Positions 39,609 to 48,706 of a DNA stretch of 64,000 nt are shown here, piece by piece (within the stretch, counting starts at the first letter, position 1; each line of letters opens with the position of its first letter). Under the pieces are notes generated by a model, which was given only the letters and a program-made list of their open reading frames with translations, made no database searches and was not told the DNA's origin. The stretch lies in assembly GCA_021413845.1 (NCBI GenBank), contig JAIOPP010000095.1:5993-69992 (forward strand), read 5' to 3'. This DNA is from Planctomycetia bacterium. GTDB lineage: Bacteria > Planctomycetota > Planctomycetia > Pirellulales > PNKZ01. Both the position numbers and the translations under genes were made by a program.

Positions 39609-39890
39609 ATGAGTAACCCTAACGTGTTCGGATGGATTCGCGACAGTGTGCGCCGAGCCGTATTGCTCGGGTTCTCCGATGCGGTCGAACAAGTCGGCAC
39701 GCTCGAAGGAAACCAGAACATCAACCCGCATCTGCTTTCGATGTTGAAGCAGAATCCCGCGGCGCTGGGCGCTGCAACCGGGGGCGGAGTCGCCACGGCC
39801 GAATTGCCGGAAGAGACGGAGTCGGCCAAGCCGCGCCGCCGCTTAGGCCGCTCGTTGGACGATCTTCGCGGCGATTCGCACAAGAGCTGA
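39609..39890 (+). CDS. small hypothetical protein (93 aa)
   Basis: The ATG at 39609 has GGAGG 8 nt upstream. A canonical intrinsic terminator follows, which supports expression. Confidence 0.55.
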   Translation: MSNPNVFGWIRDSVRRAVLLGFSDAVEQVGTLEGNQNINPHLLSMLKQNPAALGAATGGGVATAELPEETESAKPRRRLGRSLDDLRGDSHKS

Positions 39891-39922
39891 CGACCGCAAC
39901 TCGCATAACGGCGAACGAACCG

Positions 39923-39961
39923 GGGGAACGGCGAGCAAGCGCTCGACGTTCCCCTTTTTTT
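39923..39961 (+). terminator. Rho-independent terminator
   Basis: GGGGAACG-g-CGAGC [aagc] GCTCG-a-CGTTCCCC, followed by seven T (39955..39961). Confidence 0.8.
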
Positions 39962-40147
39962 ACGCGCCGCGCAATGAGCCGTGTCGCCGGTGGCGTGCGA
40001 ATCAATCGCTGAGCGTCATGCGGCCGACGATGTAGATCACGACGAAGATCGGAATGCTGACCAGAATAATACCGAAGAGCGCCTGAAGCATGACGGATCG
40101 AGCTCCTTACGAAGAATGAATACGCGAAAGACCTGGAGAGGTTGTAA

Positions 40148-40678
40148 TTAGGATTCAGCGCCGAACAAGCCGAGGATGCCGCGACAGAATTGCGGCAGGT
40201 CGTCGGGCTTGCGGCTGGATACGAAACGGCGATCGACGACGACCGGCTTATCTTCCCAAATCGCACCGGCGTTGACGAGATCGTCTTTGATACCCAACGA
40301 GCCGGTGACGCGGACGCCCCGATAGACTCCGGCCGAGATCGCGATCCAGCCGCCGTGACAAATCGCGGCGACCAGCTTGCCGGATTCGGCGAAGTCGCGC
40401 ACGAGTTGCAACACGTGCGGCTCACGACGAAGTTTATCCGGCATGAAACCGCCGGGAAGGATCACGCCGGCGAAATCATCGGCCGACATATCGTTGATCG
40501 GCGCATCGGCCGTACAAGGGTAACCATGTTTGCCGTGATACACGACGTCGGACTTCGGGCCCGCGACCGTGACATGCGCACCGGCCTCGGTGAGTCGGAG
40601 CTTCGGATACCACAGCTCGAGGTCTTCATACACATCGTCGACGAACGAAAGAAAATGCAGATTCGTGATGCTTTGCAT
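40148..40678 (-). CDS. DJ-1/PfpI-family protein
   Basis: 176 aa, with the nucleophile elbow KLVAAICHGGW. Confidence 0.8.
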   Translation of the reverse strand: MQSITNLHFLSFVDDVYEDLELWYPKLRLTEAGAHVTVAGPKSDVVYHGKHGYPCTADAPINDMSADDFAGVILPGGFMPDKLRREPHVLQLVRDFAESGKLVAAICHGGWIAISAGVYRGVRVTGSLGIKDDLVNAGAIWEDKPVVVDRRFVSSRKPDDLPQFCRGILGLFGAES

Positions 40679-40797
40679 GGTGCCGCTCGGCGAGTTGCGC
40701 GTCAGTGTTTCGTCGTCATCGTCATTATGACGAATTCAGGCCCGTTGCGGCATCCCAAAAAAGGTCTACTGGTTCGTCGTTTCGAGTTGCCGCCGGG

Positions 40798-42264
40798 TTA
40801 TTTCGTTCGGATCGCGCGCCACGCCTCGAGCGCCGCATCGCGGGCCGCGGCATGATCGACGATCGGCTGTGGATAATTTTTGCCCAACACGACCCCCGCC
40901 GCTTTTAAGACCTCGGCCGGCGCTTCGCTCGGACGATGAATCCAAGCGGCCGGCAGTTTCGCCAACTCCGGCACGTAGCGGCGCACGTAGTCGCCGGCCG
41001 GATCGAACTTCTCGCCTTGGCTTGTGGGGTTGAAGACGCGGAAATACGGCGCCGCATCGGCACCGCAGCCGCCGATCCATTGCCAACCGAGCGTATTGTT
41101 CGCCAAGTCGGCATCGACGAGCGTGTCCCAAAACCATTTCGCCCCTTCGCGCCACGAAATCAATAAGTCTTTCACGAGAAACGACCCGACGATCATGCGC
41201 ACCCGATTGTGCATCCAACCGAGTTGCCACAGCTGCCGCATTCCGGCGTCGACGATCGGATAGCCGGTCAGTCCTCGCTGCCACGCGCGCAGTCGCTTCC
41301 GATCGGTCTTCCAAGCGAAGTCGGCATATTGCGAGCGGAGCGGTTCGTCGGTCGTGGTGGGAAAGTGAAACAGCAGATGATGCGCGAACTCTCGCCAATA
41401 CATCTGTCGCAAAAACTTCTCGGCCGCCGCTGCCGCGTTGAGTCCTCCCTTACGAGCGAACAACTGCAACGACTCGCGCACTTGCCGCGGCCCCAACTCG
41501 CCGAAATGCAGATGCACCGAAAGGCCGGAGACACCGTCGTGGTCGGGCCGGTCGCGCTCTTCGCCGTAGCCCATGACTCCGCCGCATTCGATGAACCGCT
41601 GCAAGCGATTCTGCGCCGCTGCTTCCCCCGGCACTGCCCACGATGAAAACTCATCGGCCCAAGGGATCGGGGAGACGAGCTTCCACGATCGGAGCGCATC
41701 CGACTTCGGCCACTTGGCAGGCGCGGCGATCGCCGGCGGCCGGTCGACGACCTCGAACTCGTGATCTTCGGCCCCTTCCGCTTTCACTAGGCTCGCTTTA
41801 TAGAACGGCGTGAAGACTTGATACGGCTTGCCCTGCTTCGTCGCGATTTGCTCGGGCTCGATCAAGAGCGCCGAATTGAACGTGCGGACGTCGAAGCCTT
41901 CGCTCACGAGCGCCGCTTCCAACTCCGCATCGCGTCGACGGAGCGTCGGCTCGTAGCGACGATTCCAGAAGACGGCATCGGCACCCGTTGCGCGGGCGAT
42001 CGACCTGAGCACCTCCGCAGGATTTCCCTGTCGCAAGATTATGCGACTCCCCTGCGTTTGAAGCGAAGCGTCGAGCGCTTCCAGCGAATGATGGAGCCAC
42101 CAGCGCGTGGCTGCTCCGGGCTGCCAAGGGGCTTCGTCGTCGGGCGACCAAATATAAAGCGGCACGACGGGCCGGCCCGCTTCGACAGCGGCGTGCAACG
42201 CCGGATTATCCGCAAGCCGCAGGTCGAGCCGAAACCACACGATGGCCGGAGCGGGAGAAGTCAT
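40798..42264 (-). CDS. phr: deoxyribodipyrimidine photolyase / cryptochrome family
   Basis: Track ORF to 42315; I use the ATG at 42264 (MTSPAPAIVWFRLDLRLADNPAL). The FAD-binding C-terminal motifs are TGYPIVDAGMRQL and GWMHNRVRM. Confidence 0.9.
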   Translation of the reverse strand: MTSPAPAIVWFRLDLRLADNPALHAAVEAGRPVVPLYIWSPDDEAPWQPGAATRWWLHHSLEALDASLQTQGSRIILRQGNPAEVLRSIARATGADAVFWNRRYEPTLRRRDAELEAALVSEGFDVRTFNSALLIEPEQIATKQGKPYQVFTPFYKASLVKAEGAEDHEFEVVDRPPAIAAPAKWPKSDALRSWKLVSPIPWADEFSSWAVPGEAAAQNRLQRFIECGGVMGYGEERDRPDHDGVSGLSVHLHFGELGPRQVRESLQLFARKGGLNAAAAAEKFLRQMYWREFAHHLLFHFPTTTDEPLRSQYADFAWKTDRKRLRAWQRGLTGYPIVDAGMRQLWQLGWMHNRVRMIVGSFLVKDLLISWREGAKWFWDTLVDADLANNTLGWQWIGGCGADAAPYFRVFNPTSQGEKFDPAGDYVRRYVPELAKLPAAWIHRPSEAPAEVLKAAGVVLGKNYPQPIVDHAAARDAALEAWRAIRTK

Positions 42265-42405
42265 CGAAGGGCTCGCCGTTTTGAATCGTAAGCACGGCGC
42301 GGGCCGCCGTCGCATGCCATTCTAACGCTCACGAAGAGTCCGACGACATTTCGTTCGAGAAAGCATCAAGCTTGCGGGTTCGCGAGCGTGGCGAAGCCGC
42401 AAGGC

Positions 42406-43785
42406 TTACTGCGTGTTACGCGCCACCGACATATGGCCGAACAGCGTTTCCGTGCCTCGCACGATATAGAACTTCACCGGTTCGAGGGTCGCGAAGTCGG
42501 GCCGATCGAGAATGTAGTTCACATTGTCGACCGTGACCGTTTCCCAGATGTGCATCCCGACCAAGATGTCGCCGCGACGAATTCCTTGCTTCGCGGCCGG
42601 GCCTTCGTTCTTCACATCCGTCACGACGAGGCCGCCCCGATAGCGAGTGCGGTACGATTGGAATTGGCGTTGCGGAACCGGCTCCATCTTCAAGCCGAGA
42701 ATCGACCAGAACCGATCGCCGCCGGCAACCATGACCCGATCCGACGAGCGCATCTTATCGGGCACCGACGCGACGACGAGATCGAACTTCTCGGTCTTGT
42801 GGTCCCGCTCGATCGTGACTTCGACCGGCGAGCCCGGCTGCTTGCCGAGAAACCCTCGTTCAATATCCAAGACCCGTTGCACTTGCGTCGAGGCGACCGA
42901 CTTCACGATGTCGCCGGCGCGAAGCCCGATCAAGGCCGCGGGGCTATCGTCGAGCACTTCCTTCAACACGGCTCCGTCGAGGCTCGACTTGGCCCCTTCG
43001 ACGACCATTCCGTGCCACGTGCGATCGATCCGCCGCGTGCTGAGTAGATCGGTGGCGATGTTGAGCGCCTTGTCGACCGGAATCGAGAAACCGATCCCCT
43101 GTGCTCCGGCTCGCACGGCGACGTTGATGCCGACCATCTCGCCGTCGATATTCAACAACGGACCGCCGGAGTTGCCCGGGTTGATGCTGGCATCGGTTTG
43201 GATCAGGTCTTCATAGCTCTGCGTATCGCTCACTTGCACCGAGCGATGCAGCGCGCTGATGATCCCCTGCGTCACGGTATGTTCGTAGCCGAACGCATTG
43301 CCGACCGCGATCACGGTCTCGCCTGTCATCAGATCCGCCGACGTGCCGATCTTCATGACCGGTAGCGGTTCGGGGGCGTCGATCTTGATGATCGCCAGAT
43401 CCGTTTTGGGATCGTGCGAAATCATCGTGGCGATATAGGTTTGCTCGTCGTGCGTGGTGACGAGGATCTTACGCACGCCGTCGACGACGTGATGGTTGGT
43501 AATAATGTAGCCGCGCTCGTCGATGACGATGCCGGTGCCCATGCCGTTCACGCGGCGACGTTCGCCGGGCGCGACAGGGCCCCCTTCATTCGCGACGACT
43601 TTCTCGCCGTGAATGTTTACGATCGACGGCCGAGCACCTTGCACCGCTTTGACGAGCGGCGTCATGCGCAGTTCCGAGGCTTGGACCGTTCGTAGTGCGT
43701 AAGCTTCCAGCAGGCATCCTAGGGTTGCGAGTACCGCCGCCGCAGTACGCAAACACCGGTAAGGACGTCGGGAAAACACGGGCAT
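42406..43785 (-). CDS. HtrA/DegP-family serine protease with PDZ domains
   Basis: The ATG at 43785 gives a signal-anchor. Catalytic contexts are ITNHHVV and NPGNSGGPLL, followed by two PDZ-like regions. Confidence 0.85.
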   Translation of the reverse strand: MPVFSRRPYRCLRTAAAVLATLGCLLEAYALRTVQASELRMTPLVKAVQGARPSIVNIHGEKVVANEGGPVAPGERRRVNGMGTGIVIDERGYIITNHHVVDGVRKILVTTHDEQTYIATMISHDPKTDLAIIKIDAPEPLPVMKIGTSADLMTGETVIAVGNAFGYEHTVTQGIISALHRSVQVSDTQSYEDLIQTDASINPGNSGGPLLNIDGEMVGINVAVRAGAQGIGFSIPVDKALNIATDLLSTRRIDRTWHGMVVEGAKSSLDGAVLKEVLDDSPAALIGLRAGDIVKSVASTQVQRVLDIERGFLGKQPGSPVEVTIERDHKTEKFDLVVASVPDKMRSSDRVMVAGGDRFWSILGLKMEPVPQRQFQSYRTRYRGGLVVTDVKNEGPAAKQGIRRGDILVGMHIWETVTVDNVNYILDRPDFATLEPVKFYIVRGTETLFGHMSVARNTQ

Positions 43786-44022
43786 GGAAAGCTCATCGCG
43801 GTGGGGTGGCGAATGATCCGACCTTCGGTCATCGCAAAGCGCACTCTGGGCACGATTTGCGATAGCACGACGGCCAGGACGTTTCATCGGCCCGGTCTTA
43901 AGAGCCCCTTCACAGGGCAATTCCGACGCGGTACAGAATCCCCAGCTTTACGTCTTCCAGACGCAATGCTGACAGTCCTGCTTAATATGCCGATTATCCG
44001 AGCGACCTAAAAAACGACGGGA

Positions 44023-44844
44023 CTAGCTGCGACGAGTTTTGACCCGCAAAGCACTTGTCGACGCCGCACTACCGGACGACGAACGGCTGCTCTCAGCGAC
44101 CTCGCTCTCCGAAGGCTCCAGCGCAGCCTCGGCGGCCACATAGTCCGACGCGCCAGCTTCCGCTTCAGCCGCGGCTTGCACTACCTCGCTCTCGGCGCTT
44201 CGTGCCGGCGCCGCTACTTCCTCGCTCGACGAGGAGACTCCTCGCAAAGCAACCCGATTGCCGCGAGGATCGGTCGCCGGTTCCGGCGGCCGGGGCGGAG
44301 CACGACGTTGCTCGACCGCACGCTGCGTTCCGCTGCTTCCTTGAGCATGACTGCCGATGCCGCCTTCGGCCGGACCGTAGGCGACGCTCCGTTGCGGCTC
44401 GAACACCGGGCGCGTCGGCACGGGATGAAACCGCGATTGCGCGGCCGGCGTCGGTTGTGGAACCGCCGGCATCGGCACGTTCCCCTCGTAACCGCCGCCG
44501 GGGACTTGCTCGTAGTATCCACCGTGCCCTCCGCCACCTCCGCCGGAGCGGCCGGCTCGTCCGCCATGCCGGCAACCGACGCAATTGCCGTCGATACAAG
44601 CATCGCCAATCGCTGAGCAGCCCGTCGTTGTGCAGCTGGTGCAAGAAACATCCTCGCACGGTGCGTCGCAAGCATCGCTCGGGTAGGTCGGGCCGTTCGA
44701 CCGCATGTGCGGCACACGGTTCATCTCCAGCGACCAATCGCCGCGCAACACCAGACCTTTGCGCTCGCAACAACAGCCCGTCATTCCGAGCGACCATGCC
44801 AGAGCGACGGCTGTTACACAGCCGATCGCGAAGTGCTTTCTCAT
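44023..44844 (-). CDS. Cys-rich, Gly-rich lipoprotein, hypothetical
   Basis: Lipobox LGMTGC, then a CCC and a CxxC-dense block (CDAPCEDVSCTSCTTTGCSAIGDACIDGNCVGC), a Gly run, and a low-complexity acidic tail. Confidence 0.6.
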   Translation of the reverse strand: MRKHFAIGCVTAVALAWSLGMTGCCCERKGLVLRGDWSLEMNRVPHMRSNGPTYPSDACDAPCEDVSCTSCTTTGCSAIGDACIDGNCVGCRHGGRAGRSGGGGGGHGGYYEQVPGGGYEGNVPMPAVPQPTPAAQSRFHPVPTRPVFEPQRSVAYGPAEGGIGSHAQGSSGTQRAVEQRRAPPRPPEPATDPRGNRVALRGVSSSSEEVAAPARSAESEVVQAAAEAEAGASDYVAAEAALEPSESEVAESSRSSSGSAASTSALRVKTRRS

Positions 44845-45126
44845 AGTGTCCCCCTGCCGCGTCGCGAGCTTCGCACTCTTCAGCGCATCCTCAACTTAAT
44901 GAGGGTGAGCTAAACAATGCGGCACTCGCAACGATTCCGAAACCGAAGCCCCCATCGGCTCCTACTTAGGATCACATCGGCCGACCGTCGTCCGTAAATT
45001 CAGTACAACCCGCAAACTCTTCACCACCGGAACGACCGTCACCGTCGGCAGCGATTCTCCGGTTTAACTCGCCCCGATAGCGTAGTCCCGCAGAAGGTGT
45101 AGCCATGGAGCCGCGGGCCTGCTCGG

Positions 45127-45156
45127 GTTGACCCGGCCGCGCGCTTCGCCATACAA
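45127..45156 (+). promoter_or_regulatory. sigma70-like promoter candidate for the ABC ATPase pair
   Basis: TTGACC (45127..45132), an 18-nt spacer, then TACAAT (45151..45156), 41 nt upstream of the ATG at 45198. Confidence 0.4.
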
Positions 45157-45197
45157 TCCTAAACTCATACCGCCATGCGACTTGTGCTCGACCGCCT

Positions 45198-46271
45198 ATG
45201 ACAGCTCCCCCGCCGATCCATTCCGCGACGACTGCCGCCGGCTCGTCCGAACCCGTGGTGCTGGAAGTTCGCGATCTGCGGACCTACTTCCACACCGAAT
45301 ACGGCACGGCGCTGGCCGTCGATGGGATTTCGTTTTCCGTCCGCCGCGGACAGACACTCGCCGTCGTCGGCGAAAGCGGCTGCGGTAAGACCGTCACGGC
45401 CTTGAGCATCTTAAAGCTCATTCCGATGCCGCCCGGAGAAATCGTCTCGGGTCAAATCCTCCTCGGCGGGGTCGATCTCGTCACGCTTTCGCCGAAAGCG
45501 ATGCAAGCGGTTCGTGGCGGACAAGCGGCGATGGTGTTTCAAGAACCGGCCACGAGTCTGAATCCCGTCTTCACGATCGGCGACCAGATCAGCGAAGCGA
45601 TCCGATTGCATCGCCGGCTGTCGAAGCAAGAGGCGCGCGCCGAGGTGCTGCGCTTGCTCACCGAAGTTCGGATGAGCGAGCCGGAGCGCCGAGTCGATCA
45701 GTATCCGCACGAGCTCTCCGGCGGCATGAAGCAACGGGCCATGATCGCGATGGCCCTGTCGTGCAATCCGCAATTGATTATCGCCGACGAGCCGACGACG
45801 GCGCTCGACGTGACGATCCAAGCCCGCATCTTGGAAACGCTCCGGCAGATGCGCGAGAAGCACGGCACGGCGGTCCTCCTCATTACACACGATCTCGGCG
45901 TCGTCGCCGAAACGGCCGACGACGTCGTCGTGATGTATGCGGGCCGGATCGTCGAGAAGGCCGACGTTCGCTCGCTGTTCGCGAAGCCGCTGCATCCTTA
46001 CACGATCGGCCTGTTCAACAGCTTGCCGGGGCTCGACGGAAGCCGCGAGCGTCTGCAAGCCATTCCCGGCAGCGTGCCGCCGCCGACGCGCTTTCCGAGC
46101 GGTTGCCGGTTTCGCGAGCGCTGTCCGTTGGCTGCGGCGAAGTGCCTGGAAGATCCGCCGCTCGTCGAGATCGATCCCGGGCACGCTTCGGCTTGTTGGT
46201 TCGCCGCCGATCTAGCCGCCGGCCGCAAGGTCGACTTCACGACCGTCGGCAGCGCGGAGAAAACAACATGA
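45198..46271 (+). CDS. ABC transporter ATP-binding protein, DppD/OppD type
   Basis: Walker A GESGCGKT, signature LSGGMKQR, Walker [12 protein letters not shown], and a C-terminal oligopeptide-type extension. Confidence 0.9.
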   Translation: MTAPPPIHSATTAAGSSEPVVLEVRDLRTYFHTEYGTALAVDGISFSVRRGQTLAVVGESGCGKTVTALSILKLIPMPPGEIVSGQILLGGVDLVTLSPKAMQAVRGGQAAMVFQEPATSLNPVFTIGDQISEAIRLHRRLSKQEARAEVLRLLTEVRMSEPERRVDQYPHELSGGMKQRAMIAMALSCNPQLIIADEPTTALDVTIQARILETLRQMREKHGTAVLLITHDLGVVAETADDVVVMYAGRIVEKADVRSLFAKPLHPYTIGLFNSLPGLDGSRERLQAIPGSVPPPTRFPSGCRFRERCPLAAAKCLEDPPLVEIDPGHASACWFAADLAAGRKVDFTTVGSAEKTT

Positions 46272-47353
46272 TCGCCACCCCTCCGAACTCCGCCGAGAAA
46301 CCGAGCGCCGCCGACCGTGCAGCGCAAGCGCCGATCTTGGTGGTCAAAGATTTGTGTAAGTACTTTCCGGTCCGTCGCGGGATCTTCGCGAGGGTGCGCG
46401 ATTGGGTGAAAGCGGTCGACGACGTCAGCTTCACGCTCGAACGAGGCGAAACGCTCGGGCTCGTCGGCGAGAGCGGCTGCGGCAAGACGACCGTCGGCCG
46501 CGCGATTCTGCAACTCATTCGCCCGACCTCGGGACAAGTGACGTTCGAAGGGCACTCGATGCTCGATCTTCCGCGCAACGAACTGCGCGCGCTGCGGCCG
46601 AAGATGCAGATCATCTTTCAAGACCCTTACGGCTCGCTGAATCCGCGGATGACGATCGGCAACGCCGTCGGCGAACCGCTGAGGATTCACGGCGTCGCGA
46701 AGGGGCCGGCCGTGCGTGAGCGCGTCTCGCTCTTGTTGCGCCAAGTCGGCTTGCCGGCCGACGCGGCGAATCGCTATCCGCACGAGTTCAGCGGCGGGCA
46801 ACGGCAACGGGTCGGCATCGCGCGCGCTCTGGCGATGAACCCGGCGTTCATCGTGTGCGACGAACCGACCAGCGCGCTCGACGTTTCGATTCGCGCCCAG
46901 GTGATCAATCTGCTGCAAGATTTGCAAAACGAGCTGGGCTTAAGCTATTTGATGATCAGCCACGACCTGGCGGCGGTGCGGCATATCAGCCGGCGCGTGG
47001 CGGTCATGTATCTCGGGCGGATCGTCGAACTCGCGCCGACGAAACTGCTCTACGCCGAGCCACGGCATCCGTATACACGCGTGCTGCTCTCGGCGATCCC
47101 GGTGCCCGACCCCTCGCAGCGGCGCGAGCGCGTGACGGCGGTCGACGACGAAATCCCTTCGCCGATCAACGTGCCGAAGGGCTGCGCATTCCATCCCCGC
47201 TGCCCGCTCTATGAATTGCTCGGCAAACCAGAACGCTGCCGCACGGAGCTACCTGCGTTAGAGCCGATCGCGCTGGGCTCACCGCATCTAGCGCGCTGCC
47301 ACTACCACGCGGAAACACCGAAGCTCGCGACGTTAGCAACGGGTAAATCTTAG
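46268..47353 (+). CDS. ABC transporter ATP-binding protein, DppF/OppF type
   Basis: The ATG at 46268 overlaps the upstream stop (ATGA). Walker A GESGCGKT, signature FSGGQRQR, Walker [12 protein letters not shown]. The first 169 codons of track ORF 45761..47353 are an out-of-frame overlap of the previous gene. Confidence 0.9.
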   Translation: MIATPPNSAEKPSAADRAAQAPILVVKDLCKYFPVRRGIFARVRDWVKAVDDVSFTLERGETLGLVGESGCGKTTVGRAILQLIRPTSGQVTFEGHSMLDLPRNELRALRPKMQIIFQDPYGSLNPRMTIGNAVGEPLRIHGVAKGPAVRERVSLLLRQVGLPADAANRYPHEFSGGQRQRVGIARALAMNPAFIVCDEPTSALDVSIRAQVINLLQDLQNELGLSYLMISHDLAAVRHISRRVAVMYLGRIVELAPTKLLYAEPRHPYTRVLLSAIPVPDPSQRRERVTAVDDEIPSPINVPKGCAFHPRCPLYELLGKPERCRTELPALEPIALGSPHLARCHYHAETPKLATLATGKS

Positions 47354-48654
47354 AACTTCCCGTAAATCCGATCGCGCTTCGCTTGGTTGTAAGCGAGCTT
47401 TTCGGCTTGCGTCATTTCGGCGACGCTCTTCGGAGCCGCTTCCGTCTTCGCCACGGCTGCAGCAGCCGCTTGCGGTTTCGCGGTCGCATGGCACCCGCAA
47501 TCCCCCCCGGCAGGCTTCGCTTCCTTCGCCTTGGTCGGACACGAACAAGCATGATGCTCGTCATGCTTATGCGAATCGGCCGGCTTGGCCGTAGGGATCG
47601 CGGCCGGCACGCTCACCGTGGCCCCGCCGCCGTAGCTCATCACCGAGGTTTGCAACGTGAGATCGTCGGCGAGCGTTCGTTGCGGCTTGATGTTGAGTTT
47701 CTCGAGCACGCCGTGGTACGCACGAACCGCTTCCTCGGGCGAGATGACCCGATCGGTAATCAAGCGCAGAAACTCGACGAACGCCAATTGGTTCTCGGCG
47801 TTGTTGATTTTCCGACCGTAGAGGGCCACGCGCGCCCCGTACTTCTGCGCTTCGCTGATGAGCTTGAACGCGTCGTAGGTGGTGCCCGCCCCGCCGCCGA
47901 GAATGCCGACGACGAGATGCGGATCGTAGGCGACGAGATCTTCCATCGCCTTCGGGCCGTGGTACACGACCTTCAAGAAGACCGGTCGGCCGGCATAGGC
48001 CACGCCGGCCAAGGTGCGCGCGATGGCGTCGTTGATGAAGTTCGCCGTGTCGGCACCTGCGAGCCCTTCCGGCGCGTTCGGGTCGAACACTTCCAAGAAG
48101 TGCCGGAAGCCCTTGAGCTCGGCTTCGGCGCGGAAGCGCGCGTATTCTTCGAGCGCGAGCCGATCGAGATCGAGCCGGTTGTTGAACGTGATGCTGTAGA
48201 GGCCGAGGTTCGCACCTTGCTTCCGTTCATCGTCGGCGCAGTTCAGATGGCCGCACTGAATATGGTCGAGCGAGGCGGAGCGAAACGGGAGCGACGGTTG
48301 CTGGATATAGCGATTGCCGCGCAAAACCCAAACGTCGGTCGTGTCGTTGGCGCGGGCCGCCGGCGTGATGTGCGAGTCGTCGAACAGCCGCTCTTGGTTG
48401 GTCAGCACGTCGTTCGTGCTGGCCGAGGTGAGCATGATGTCGATCTTCCCCTGGCGGATGATCTGACGGATCTGATTGCGGTACTCGGCCAAGGTGCGAA
48501 AGCGAAGCTCGCCCGTGTGCGCCTCGGGCGATTGCCCGGCCGCGCCGATTCCGAACGCCATATCGGCATCCTTCGCATCGGCGATGATGAACTCACGACA
48601 GCCCGAAGGGTCGGCATGAATGGCGGCGAGTTTACGATCGAGCGACTTTTGCAT
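47350..48654 (-). CDS. aldolase-type TIM-barrel protein (DhnA/LsrF/LacD-like by eye) with Cys/His-rich C-terminal tail
   Basis: 434 aa. The ending [36 protein letters not shown] resembles class I aldolase-like barrels. The tail is [28 protein letters not shown]. It lies directly downstream of the BMC operon on the same strand. Confidence 0.5.
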   Translation of the reverse strand: MQKSLDRKLAAIHADPSGCREFIIADAKDADMAFGIGAAGQSPEAHTGELRFRTLAEYRNQIRQIIRQGKIDIMLTSASTNDVLTNQERLFDDSHITPAARANDTTDVWVLRGNRYIQQPSLPFRSASLDHIQCGHLNCADDERKQGANLGLYSITFNNRLDLDRLALEEYARFRAEAELKGFRHFLEVFDPNAPEGLAGADTANFINDAIARTLAGVAYAGRPVFLKVVYHGPKAMEDLVAYDPHLVVGILGGGAGTTYDAFKLISEAQKYGARVALYGRKINNAENQLAFVEFLRLITDRVISPEEAVRAYHGVLEKLNIKPQRTLADDLTLQTSVMSYGGGATVSVPAAIPTAKPADSHKHDEHHACSCPTKAKEAKPAGGDCGCHATAKPQAAAAAVAKTEAAPKSVAEMTQAEKLAYNQAKRDRIYGKF

Positions 48655-48663
48655 GGCTGATGA

Positions 48664-48698
48664 CAGTGGTCGGTGGTCGGTAACCGGTGGTCAGTGGT
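48664..48698. repeat. tandem heptamer array (5 units)
   Basis: CAGTGGT CGGTGGT CGGTAAC CGGTGGT CAGTGGT. It ends 9 nt from the ATG (48654) of the minus-strand gene. Confidence 0.9.
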
Positions 48699-48706
48699 TA
48701 AGAGAA

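Noticed and set aside
45065-45140. tRNA-like opening GCCCCGATAGCGTAGTC in the intergenic region upstream of the ABC genes.
   Set aside because: I could not build an acceptor-stem complement, a D-arm, or a GTTCRANNC T-loop downstream. The nearest candidate (CGGGTTGACCCGG) has the wrong loop size, and it overlaps the TTGACC promoter-like hexamer instead.
45761-47353. A 530-aa ORF suggesting one large ABC protein.
   Set aside because: The first 169 codons are an alternative frame of the preceding DppD-like gene and read as Arg-rich nonsense. The genuine DppF-like sequence starts at the ATG at 46268, which overlaps the upstream stop (ATGA).
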